From the NCBI GenBank assembly GCA_000092065.1, contig CP000586.1: a stretch of DNA of 64,000 nucleotides. The stretch is one strand, 5' to 3'. Under the pieces are notes generated by a model. It did no database searches, was not told the origin of the DNA, and was given only the letters and a program-made list of their open reading frames with translations. The DNA comes from Ostreococcus lucimarinus. Taxonomy: Eukaryota. This document shows positions 56,306-64,000 of this stretch, piece after piece. Position 1 is the first letter of the stretch, and the number at the start of each line of letters is the position of its first letter. The position numbers and the translations under genes were made by a program.

Positions 56306-59176
56306 ATGACCGAGACCGCGCTCGTCATCGCGCGGACGCCCGCGGATAAGTACCGCGTGCGAGCGTGCGCGCAATGCGACAGAAAAGGCGACGCACTCGC
56401 GATTCATTGGCGACGCGGGCACGACCCATCGTCCGCGCTGTTCGGGAAGGATCTGTGCGATAAGTGCGGTAAAGCCGAGAGCCGACGGTTGGTGAAGGAG
56501 CGAGGCGCGGTCCCGCGCGTGGTGTTTCGAGGAACGACGGACGGCGCGACGAGGGCGCCGAGGGCGTCGGGGAAGACGTCGGGGACGAGACGACGAAGGG
56601 CGCCGGCGGTTGGCGGAGAGAAGACGCCGCCGGCGAAGGCGAGATCGCGACCGGAGACGAAGCTCGGCGCTAAGAAAGCGGTGAGAAAGGCGAAGACGTC
56701 GCACGCTGGGTTGGGGTCGATCGCGGTGGTGCGTGAAAAGCTGAGACAATTGGCGACGGAGGAACCGTATTACGCGTGCGAATCCTGGCGGCGAACGCCG
56801 TACGACATCACTCCGTACGATGTGCTGCCGGATGGTGCGTACGTCGCGGGCGTCGGTGTCGAAGATGAGGACGCGAAAGTGTTGTTTGATCGGTTGAACA
56901 CGTCGGTGAGGGATGGATGGACGGATTACGTGCCCGTGAGCGTGAGCGACGGGACCGCGGCGGCGGCGACGGGACAGCAACCGTCGATGAAGGCGCACAG
57001 TGGACTGGAATTAGATTTGTCCACGGAGAAGTTGCGCACGCCGTTGCGTTTGGGGGTGGATGTGGAGGAAAGATCGCTGTGGGGGATGGATTGTTTCACG
57101 CGCGAAGCGATTTTGGCCAGCATATCTGGGGTGACGTGGTACGCGGGCGACGAGAATCGGCCCAGGCGAGTGGAGTATTTGCAACAGCGATTTCTACCGA
57201 AGTTGCACACGCTCGGCGCTGATGGCTGGGATGCGTCGCGTGTGGCGCAGTGCGTGCTCGATGATGCGATAAAGAATGGTGAGAAACACACGGCGATGGC
57301 TTCGCGCGCGTTGCTGAGAGTTATTGCGGAGTGCGACGACGACTACGCCCGGGCGCCGGCGCCGAAAAAGAAGAAGGCAAACTCTACGACGACTACGGGA
57401 GAAGTCAAGGCGGAGGATCATACAGAAGAAATCGTCGAATCCCATGATCCGCGCGCTAGGCGCGAGAGATTTCGAATCCATCCCAAAGGTACGGGTGTGG
57501 TATGCATAAATCCCAACGGCTTGAAGGCGGGTACGTTCGTGAATCACTACATCGGTGAAATTTATTCGCCGTGGAAGTGGTACGAACGGCAAGACGCCAT
57601 AAAAAAGTGTTACCCCGGCATGGAGCTTCCCTCGTTCTTCAACATCACGCTGGAGCGTCCGCCGCACGATGATCGTGGGCGGCACGTCAGCTTCGTCGAA
57701 GCGATGCACAAAGGCTGCTTTGCGTCGCGGCTTTCGCACTCGTGCGAACCGAATTGTCAAACGGTGACGTTCGCAAAGGGAGGCAAGCTTACCCTCGGTA
57801 TGTTCACCACGCAAGACATCGCGTACGGCGAAGAGATGACGTGGGACTATAGTTGCATCACCGAAAGCGCCGAGGAATACCGTACTGGATTTTGTCTGTG
57901 CTCGTCTCCAACGTGCCGAGGTTCGTTCCTCACGTATTCGGGCTCGGGCGCGTTCACGGCGGTGGTGAACAAAAAGCACGCATTTTTACATCGCAACGCC
58001 ATACTTTTCAAGGCGAGCACGTCTGCGTTGACGAATGTTGATCGTAAGATGCTACATGACAGCGGTATCCGCGAATGTGCGCTCGAACATTGTCCGGACT
58101 GGGTCGTCAAGTGGGCGGCGTTGACTCTCGAGTACATCAAGCTAGAGGAGAACGAACTCCCGAACGAGTTGATGAGCTTGCCCGCGACGCGTTTCGGTCG
58201 GTACAACGAACTCGGGGCAAAAAGCGAAGCAACTGGGGTGGCGGCAACGAGGATCACGAACCTTATCGTTACGCTCGATAAAATCCGGTACGTGTTGACG
58301 CGATCCGGACAGGAACGAGCTCCATTCTTTCGAGTTTTGACAGAGAGCGAAGTGATCGAGCACCTTTGGAGCGGTGACGAGTCCATATTACGACGAATCT
58401 TGCGCTCAATATTAGCCGGCGCAGGGGCGAAGAAAGGGTCAAATTCTGTTGGCAAGAGTCGATTAGTCATGGCGAAGATGCCAAAAACCGGCGACGCTCG
58501 CGTCGACGCGGCGATGAAAGCGATTCAGGAACGCATCGACATTGATGAACGACCGAAGACCGCTAGTGGTGCGTGTGAGTCAATGCTCGAGATTTGTACG
58601 ATTTTAAGGCGAATCGACGCGACTTTTTACGCGCAAGTGTCAGATTTGTTGTGGTTTTACGCCAACACTCGCAACTGGTTCACACACGCCAAGCTCGATA
58701 ACGTCATTTCGCCCGCGGTGAACATCGATGATGTGGCGAGCGTGATACCGACGACGCAGCGAAAGCACATCCCTAACGCATTCCGTGGTAACAGGGAGGC
58801 GATGCTGCAAAAACGGTACGGTGCTCTTTACGTATGGGGGCAGTTGGTGACGTGGTACAAGCAAACCATTTACAGTCCCGATTCTTCGCTCAGCGCCGAT
58901 CGTCGCGGGACTTTGTCGTTGCCAGATCCCGAGAGTTGTTGCAGCGCCGCGCCGTCGGCGTACGTGAACAAAGAGCGAAAGGAACTGTTCAAGGCTCTCC
59001 GCAAGAACAAGCATCAGTCTTGGCCGACGGCGACGTCGTGGAGTTTCAAAAATCCAGCCAAGGTGTACGGCTCACCGATGTTCGACGACGCGTTGCGAGA
59101 GATGTACCCGAAAGAGTACGCCTCGACCACGTCCTTCACCACTTTACTCGACAAGCACGAACGTCAGTCTATGTAG
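56306..59176 (+). CDS. SET-domain lysine methyltransferase (SET + post-SET centrally placed; N-terminal Cys/His cluster; long C-terminal extension)
   Basis: The SET domain runs FVNHYIGEIY...RFASRLSHSCEPNC...EEMTWDY, and the post-SET is CLCSSPTCRGS. The N-terminus CAQCDRKGDALAIHWRRGHDPSSALFGKDLCDKCGK looks like a zinc finger. About 330 aa of non-repetitive sequence follow the post-SET. Confidence 0.75.
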   Translation: MTETALVIARTPADKYRVRACAQCDRKGDALAIHWRRGHDPSSALFGKDLCDKCGKAESRRLVKERGAVPRVVFRGTTDGATRAPRASGKTSGTRRRRAPAVGGEKTPPAKARSRPETKLGAKKAVRKAKTSHAGLGSIAVVREKLRQLATEEPYYACESWRRTPYDITPYDVLPDGAYVAGVGVEDEDAKVLFDRLNTSVRDGWTDYVPVSVSDGTAAAATGQQPSMKAHSGLELDLSTEKLRTPLRLGVDVEERSLWGMDCFTREAILASISGVTWYAGDENRPRRVEYLQQRFLPKLHTLGADGWDASRVAQCVLDDAIKNGEKHTAMASRALLRVIAECDDDYARAPAPKKKKANSTTTTGEVKAEDHTEEIVESHDPRARRERFRIHPKGTGVVCINPNGLKAGTFVNHYIGEIYSPWKWYERQDAIKKCYPGMELPSFFNITLERPPHDDRGRHVSFVEAMHKGCFASRLSHSCEPNCQTVTFAKGGKLTLGMFTTQDIAYGEEMTWDYSCITESAEEYRTGFCLCSSPTCRGSFLTYSGSGAFTAVVNKKHAFLHRNAILFKASTSALTNVDRKMLHDSGIRECALEHCPDWVVKWAALTLEYIKLEENELPNELMSLPATRFGRYNELGAKSEATGVAATRITNLIVTLDKIRYVLTRSGQERAPFFRVLTESEVIEHLWSGDESILRRILRSILAGAGAKKGSNSVGKSRLVMAKMPKTGDARVDAAMKAIQERIDIDERPKTASGACESMLEICTILRRIDATFYAQVSDLLWFYANTRNWFTHAKLDNVISPAVNIDDVASVIPTTQRKHIPNAFRGNREAMLQKRYGALYVWGQLVTWYKQTIYSPDSSLSADRRGTLSLPDPESCCSAAPSAYVNKERKELFKALRKNKHQSWPTATSWSFKNPAKVYGSPMFDDALREMYPKEYASTTSFTTLLDKHERQSM

Positions 59177-59306
59177 GTGACATGCGCCGCGCGTAACCTT
59201 TGCTTAGTTTGTATCGACTTCACGCGCGTCGATTCCCCGCGTCTCGCCCCGTCGCACTCGCCGTCGAGACGCGCGCCGCACACTCCCGCGCGCGACGACG
59301 CGCGAG

Positions 59307-60155
59307 ATGTCGTTTCATCCCAAGCCCGACGTCCCGGACGCGCTGGAGAGAGTCTCGCGATGCGATATCCTGATCGCCCCCGCGCCTGGGACGTGCGGGA
59401 ACGTGGGTCAGCTCGCGTGCGATGTCTTGGCGCTCAACCTGAATCTTTCGCGCGTCGGCGTCCTCGACTTCGAACACTTGATCCCGGTGTGTGGCCGCGA
59501 TGCGCTGTACGATGACGTCGGGGATGGTGACGTCGCGGGCGCTTTGGCGTGCGCGTGCGAGGTGTACGTCGGAGAAGTGGACTTCGCGGCGGACGCGAAG
59601 GCGCGGGAAACGCGAACCGTCGTCGTCGCGCAGATCCGCAGCGACGCCAACATCGGTGCGCGACGATTATTTTGCGAAGAGTACGTCAACTTTTTGACGA
59701 CATTTACTCATCCCGAGCGCGTGGTGCTGCTGTCGAGCTTACCGTCGACGTACGGCGCGAGCGCGGCGCAAATCGGCGGGACGAAGTGGCGGCGGTTCGG
59801 CGGCGACGATGACTTCAAGTCCATGTGCGCCGCGAACGAATTGATCGAGCTCGAAAAAAATGTGTATCCACCTTCCGAAGAGATCGCGGAGTCCGTGGAC
59901 CCGCACTGGGCGCTCGTGGATACGATAGGAACGAACACGCGCGTGGGGTGCGTCGTGGCGGTGTGCAGCGAGGGCGACAACAGCGTCGACGGCGCGGGGA
60001 TGGCGCTTGCGGCGGCGCGCGCGTGTGGGATAGATGTAGGTACAGAACCGAAGGCGCCGATTCCTGGAGCGACGTACATCGGGCCGTGGCGCGTGCCGCG
60101 ATCTTGGGAAGGCGCGTTCGGGTTGCGAGAAGTTAGCCGCGACATGTTCTCGTAG
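59307..60155 (+). CDS. PSMG2: proteasome assembly chaperone 2 (PSMG2/PAC2)
   Basis: The PAC2 fold motifs GNVGQLA, VVLLSSL, SEGDN and WRVPRSWEGAFG match human PSMG2 (GNVGQLA, VLSS, SEGDN, W.IPSSW.LLFG). Confidence 0.7.
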   Translation: MSFHPKPDVPDALERVSRCDILIAPAPGTCGNVGQLACDVLALNLNLSRVGVLDFEHLIPVCGRDALYDDVGDGDVAGALACACEVYVGEVDFAADAKARETRTVVVAQIRSDANIGARRLFCEEYVNFLTTFTHPERVVLLSSLPSTYGASAAQIGGTKWRRFGGDDDFKSMCAANELIELEKNVYPPSEEIAESVDPHWALVDTIGTNTRVGCVVAVCSEGDNSVDGAGMALAAARACGIDVGTEPKAPIPGATYIGPWRVPRSWEGAFGLREVSRDMFS

Positions 60156-60198
60156 ACGGATGTCATTTTCAATGTGCTGTTGTTACACGGAACGCATC

Positions 60199-61182
60199 CT
60201 AATCGTTACCGACGCGCAAGCTTTGCACGAGTTTCACGTACCCTGGCTCGTCCGGGGTGATAAAACCGTGCCGCACGCAAAAATCGATGATCACGAGGCA
60301 GCAGTTTGGCTTGAAGTCCTCCGTTGTCGCCATGATGTCGATCACTTTGGAAATTTCGTATCGCTCGAAACTTTCCACCTCGCCGTCGTCTGGAGTCGGC
60401 ACGAAATCCAGCGGGAGCTCTAAATCGTAGCAGAACAGCACGTCTCGCTTGCAGCAACCCTGGTAATTCATCGAATAACTCACCGCGCCGACCGCCGTGG
60501 CGTTCTTTGCCAACGACTCGGGCACGCTCGCCTCCTCTCCGCACTCCTTGACGACGCACACGCTCGGAGGCATGCCGTCGGGCAATCCTCCGGCGACGAG
60601 GTGATCGAGCTTGGAAGGAAACGTTTGTTTGTTCTTCGCTCGCTTCCCTACCCACAGCTCTTTGGTGCCGTCCGGTAACGTCACGAACCCGTTCACGTGG
60701 ACGCCGTACGCTCGCACGCCCAAGAGCGACGCCGCCGCGCGTTCGACGCGCAACAACGGCGGCACGCCGTACCCCATCGTGACGGGAAAAATCTCATCCC
60801 GCCAACCCGTGATGACGCCCTTATCTCTCAGCGCCTCCAGCGCCGGTCGCAGCGCGTCCGTGCGCTTATCCGGGGTATCCACCTCCCGCGCGAAAACCAC
60901 CGTCCCGCTCGCGTCCCGCTCGAGCGTCCCCGACCCGCTCGCGCCCAACAGCTCGTCCGCGAACCACGGCTGAAGCGCGCCCACGGCGTGACCGTCGACG
61001 ACGAAAGGCACGTATTTGGCGTGGTCCGCGGCGGTGATTTCGTTACACGCGTCCACGCGCGGCTGTAAACGCTCGGCGTTTGAGAGCGCGCGCGCCATCG
61101 CCGCGCGCGCGCGAGCGTTCGAAACGACGCACGCCGCGCGCCGCGTCAACACCGCGCCGCGCGCCGACGCGCCGCGCGACAT
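60199..61182 (-). CDS. Nudix hydrolase (NUDX20/24-like: N-terminal DUF + Nudix box), organelle-targeted
   Basis: The Nudix box is GLPDGMPPSVCVVKECGEEASVP. The upstream domain resembles plant NUDX20/24. The ORF track extends to 61299 with an Arg-rich lead-in; the ATG chosen is 61182 (MSRGASARG...), and later Met codons are possible. Confidence 0.6.
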   Translation of the reverse strand: MSRGASARGAVLTRRAACVVSNARARAAMARALSNAERLQPRVDACNEITAADHAKYVPFVVDGHAVGALQPWFADELLGASGSGTLERDASGTVVFAREVDTPDKRTDALRPALEALRDKGVITGWRDEIFPVTMGYGVPPLLRVERAAASLLGVRAYGVHVNGFVTLPDGTKELWVGKRAKNKQTFPSKLDHLVAGGLPDGMPPSVCVVKECGEEASVPESLAKNATAVGAVSYSMNYQGCCKRDVLFCYDLELPLDFVPTPDDGEVESFERYEISKVIDIMATTEDFKPNCCLVIIDFCVRHGFITPDEPGYVKLVQSLRVGND

Positions 61183-61932
61183 GTGCGTCGTCCGACGTCG
61201 ACGCCGACGTCGAGTCGGCGTGTGCCGCGCGCGCGTCTCCTCGCGTCTTCGAATCATCCCTCGACGCGCGTCGCGCCGCCTCCGCGCGCCCGCGCGCACC
61301 GATCGAAATCACGCTTTTCTCACGCGTCGGCGCCTCCGCGCCGCATCGCTCGCATCGCCGGCGTCCAGAACGCTCGACACGCCGCGTCGACGCCCGCCGC
61401 GCTCACAAGCGTCCACGCCACCCCCCCCACGCACCCGTCCTCGCGCGCGTCCTCGTCCAGCCCGAACGACAGCCACTTCCCCATCGGCCACGCGCACGCG
61501 CTCGGCAGCGCGAACATCACCGCGCGCGCGTTCGCGCCCACGAACGCCAGTCCGCAGACCGCCTTCATCGCGCTCGCCCCGTGCGCGCATCGCAGCGCCG
61601 CGCGCGTCGCCGGCGTCCGCCTCGCCTCGAGCGCCGCGAGTCGCGCGCGTAATTTTTCCACCCGTCGTTCGTACGTCGCGTCGGCGCGCGACGCGCGTCG
61701 CGCGAGCGACCGCGACGCCCGCGCGATCGCGCGCTGCAGCGCGAGCAACGGTTCGAGGTCGAAGCGACGCGTCAGCGCGTGCTTGGCGCAGTCGACGACG
61801 ACGAAGGCGACCAAGATCGTCCACGGGCTCGACGCGAGCGCGCGCGCGGTATTTTCACCCATCGAACGAACGCGCGCGCGTAAACGCGTCGCGGTCGGAC
61901 GCGCGTCGAGCCGGCGACGATTCGATGATCGG

Positions 61933-63117
61933 ATGGATGCGCCAACACTAACTAATGGACGAATGCGCGGGTCGCGTCGCCACACCATGCCGCGTCGACC
62001 GAACGCGCCGCGCGAGGCGCCCGGGAAGTACGGCGCGATGGCGCGCGATGAAGAGAGCGGCGTGCGCGCGGCGTGGACGTCCGCGGACGACGCGAACGAC
62101 GACGACGCGGGACGAAGGATGCGAACGCGGTCGAAGCGAAAGGGCGCGCGACCGGGACCGCCGAAAGCGGAACCGCCGAAAAAACTGGCGAAACGGATCG
62201 TGGGGTTCTTTTACGACAATCTGTGGATCGCGTTCGTGGCGTACGCGCTGGGGGCGATGTGTATTCTGCAAAAGATTCCGGGGGAGCGCGATTTCGCGAA
62301 GCCGGCGGACGCGGCGTATTTCGTGGCGATCAGCGCGACGACGGTGGGGTACGGGGACATGTCGCCGAAGACGGACGAGGGAAAGGTGTTCGTGATGGTG
62401 CTGCTCGTCACGGGCGTCGCCATCGCGGGGGTGGCGATGACGAAGGTTACGGATTGGATTTTAAAGGCGCAGGAGCGCGCGATGAACGCGGTGATGGAAC
62501 GTTCAAAGGCGCGCATGGCGGTTGATATGGCAAAGTTGCGCGCGCAGGTCGGTGCGGACGCGGGCGCGGATCAGGACGAAGAGTTGAAGCGAGCGCTGGC
62601 GAACAAAGAGGAACGCACGTTCAGGGCGAAGCAGCTGTCTCCGCTCGCGCGAGCGTTGGTCGCCATCGCCGTCGTCGTCATTCTGGGCGCCGTCGTGATG
62701 CATCGACTCGAGAATATTAGCTTTTTAGACGGGTGTTATTGGTCCATCGTCACCAGCACGACCGTCGGATACGGTGACGTGACGCCGAAGACGCAGAGCG
62801 GGAGGATTTTCGCCTCGTTTTACTGCTTCATCACCGTCGGCGTCATGGCGTGGGCCATCGGACAAATAGCGAGCTCGAGCGTCGAGTCCCAAGTCGAGAA
62901 ACACGCCCAACTGAAGGCGTTTAAACTCACCCCCGAGTGGCTCGCCGCGCAAGGAGGCGATAAGGGTTACGTGGACGAGTTTGATTTCGCAAAGGCGATG
63001 TTATTAGCCATGGGCAAGTGCGAACAGAGCGATTTCGACACCGTCGCCGCTCGATTCAACGAGCTCGACGTCAACGGCGATCGCACGCTCGACGCCAAGG
63101 ACTTGCTCGGCGCGTAA
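61933..63117 (+). CDS. two-pore-domain K+ channel (TPK/KCO-type) with C-terminal EF-hand
   Basis: Two pore loops carry the K+ selectivity filter (ISATTVGYGDMSP and IVTSTTVGYGDVTP). Four TM segments are present, and a C-terminal EF-hand loop ELDVNGDRTLDAKDL follows. The ORF track starts at 61183, which is antisense to the Nudix gene; the first plausible ATG is 61933. Confidence 0.7.
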   Translation: MDAPTLTNGRMRGSRRHTMPRRPNAPREAPGKYGAMARDEESGVRAAWTSADDANDDDAGRRMRTRSKRKGARPGPPKAEPPKKLAKRIVGFFYDNLWIAFVAYALGAMCILQKIPGERDFAKPADAAYFVAISATTVGYGDMSPKTDEGKVFVMVLLVTGVAIAGVAMTKVTDWILKAQERAMNAVMERSKARMAVDMAKLRAQVGADAGADQDEELKRALANKEERTFRAKQLSPLARALVAIAVVVILGAVVMHRLENISFLDGCYWSIVTSTTVGYGDVTPKTQSGRIFASFYCFITVGVMAWAIGQIASSSVESQVEKHAQLKAFKLTPEWLAAQGGDKGYVDEFDFAKAMLLAMGKCEQSDFDTVAARFNELDVNGDRTLDAKDLLGA

Positions 63118-63224
63118 CTGCGCGATCATGTTTTAATAGTACTCATTCGCGACTCTGTATCGCGCGCTCACGCAACCGCGACGCCCTCCTCAGCTCGCAC
63201 AACTGCCCCCACACTCGCCCGCGC

Positions 63225-63734
63225 ATGCGCTCGTTGAACGCGATCGCACGAGCGTATCGCGTCGTCCGCGCCGCGCCGTCGCGTCGAGCGAACAACGATC
63301 GACCTCGTCGCGCGATGGCGCACGCGCGTAAGCCCGGCGTCGCGTCGGACGACGAGTTTGAACGATTTTTTAGCGCAAATCAAGGCAAAACGGTCGTCGT
63401 CCTTGACGCGCGCAACAGCGATTTTAGCGTCGAACCGTCGGACGAGCAGTTTGGTGGACCTCAGGGGAGCGCTCCGATCGCGGATTGCGGCACCAGCGCG
63501 CGTCCGAACGCGGTGAACTGCGCTTTTGATCGCTCGGCGAACGCGCTGCGCGATTTGCAAGTCCTCGAAGCGAAGACGGGCGGGAATAAGTCGACGCCGA
63601 TCATCACGCACTGCGGCGGTGGCGGACGTGGGCAGAAGGCGAAAGAGTATTTAATATCGCAGGGGTACTCGAACGTCATCAACGGCGGTGGGCCCGCCGT
63701 CGAAGCGCTCTGGAAGACGTTTGGTTCGATGTGA
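63225..63734 (+). CDS. rhodanese-domain protein (sulfurtransferase/phosphatase-like, active-site Cys)
   Basis: Rhodanese fold with the catalytic loop THCGGGGRG. The N-terminal approximately 30 aa are presequence-like. The ORF track starts at 63018; the ATG chosen is 63225. Confidence 0.55.
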   Translation: MRSLNAIARAYRVVRAAPSRRANNDRPRRAMAHARKPGVASDDEFERFFSANQGKTVVVLDARNSDFSVEPSDEQFGGPQGSAPIADCGTSARPNAVNCAFDRSANALRDLQVLEAKTGGNKSTPIITHCGGGGRGQKAKEYLISQGYSNVINGGGPAVEALWKTFGSM

Positions 63735-63801
63735 TTCGCGACGCTCGAGTCGAGTCGCGGGTGCGGTTCTAGCAGAAATTTGTCATTCATTCATGCAGTT
63801 T

Positions 63802-64000
63802 TTAAGGCACGCTCGCCGCGAGCGCCTCTTCTTCTTGCGCGCGGAAGGCGCGGTGGGAACGCCGCGCCGCTCGTGCCTTGCTCGCTGAATCCCAATCGAC
63901 GATGACGAACGTCCACGACAAGCTGTGCGCGCACGCGCACGTCAGCCACATCCAGTACCCCCACCCGAGATAGTCGACGAACGCATCCTTCGCGATATAG
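63802..64000 (-). CDS. 3' fragment of an unidentified gene on the minus strand (window truncates it)
   Basis: The minus-strand frame is open from the window edge to TAA at 63804-63802. It reads ...YIAKDAFVDYLGWGYWMWLTCACAHSLSWTFVIVDWDSASKARAARRSHRAFRAQEEEALAASVP, a hydrophobic and aromatic-rich segment. It is absent from the ORF track because it has no start in the window. Confidence 0.25.
   Translation of the reverse strand, partial: YIAKDAFVDYLGWGYWMWLTCACAHSLSWTFVIVDWDSASKARAARRSHRAFRAQEEEALAASVP

Noticed and set aside
1-64000. tRNA/rRNA genes, transposons, prokaryote-style operons or defence systems
   Set aside because: I found no cloverleaf-compatible 70-90 nt AT-balanced segments with internal A/B boxes. 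There are no long terminal or inverted repeats and no reverse-transcriptase or transposase-like ORFs. Gene order shows mixed eukaryotic functions on alternating strands.

Overview
The window is GC-rich (about 65%) nuclear DNA from a eukaryote. Gene density, codon bias (GCG/CGC/GAC-rich), Arg/Ala-rich organellar presequences and the plant-type gene set point to a prasinophyte green alga (Mamiellophyceae, Micromonas-like). This assignment is inferred from composition only and is not verified. There are no prokaryotic operons, CRISPR arrays, rRNA genes or obvious transposons. About 38 protein-coding genes lie on both strands with short spacers of 40-400 bp. Most are single-exon. At least five have a short 5' exon followed by an intron of 126-423 nt, and these introns share a recognisable grammar: a GTGCG/GTGAG donor, an ACTGAC branch point 23-30 nt upstream of the acceptor, and a YAG acceptor.

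Recognisable products:
- a plastid-type bile-acid:Na+ symporter
- a RING-H2 protein
- an SNM1/PSO2 nuclease
- proteasome Rpt1
- eIF3g
- plant-type glutamate-cysteine ligase (two exons)
- an isochorismatase-like hydrolase
- SNU13
- MnmE/GTPBP3
- PIF1 helicase
- a GST
- ribosomal protein eL8 (L7a), whose first exon is only the ATG
- a BET-like bromodomain protein
- SLY1
- a C2-domain protein with a 33-bp x4 coding repeat
- indole-3-glycerol-phosphate synthase
- YggT
- purple acid phosphatase
- an NSF-like AAA+ protein lacking the N-domain
- mitoferrin
- an ABHD17-like hydrolase
- an NCS1 nucleobase transporter
- an APC5-like TPR protein
- a giant SABRE/BLTP2-like protein (about 2,460 aa, two exons)
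- a SAP-domain protein
- a ZnF-UBA-PUB protein
- a SET-domain methyltransferase
- proteasome chaperone PSMG2
- a Nudix hydrolase
- a two-pore K+ channel with a C-terminal EF-hand
- a rhodanese

The supplied ORF track uses GTG/TTG as starts, so several listed 'M' residues are not ATG. I re-anchored starts to the first plausible ATG. Many long antisense or out-of-frame ORFs are GC-composition artefacts and are rejected below.
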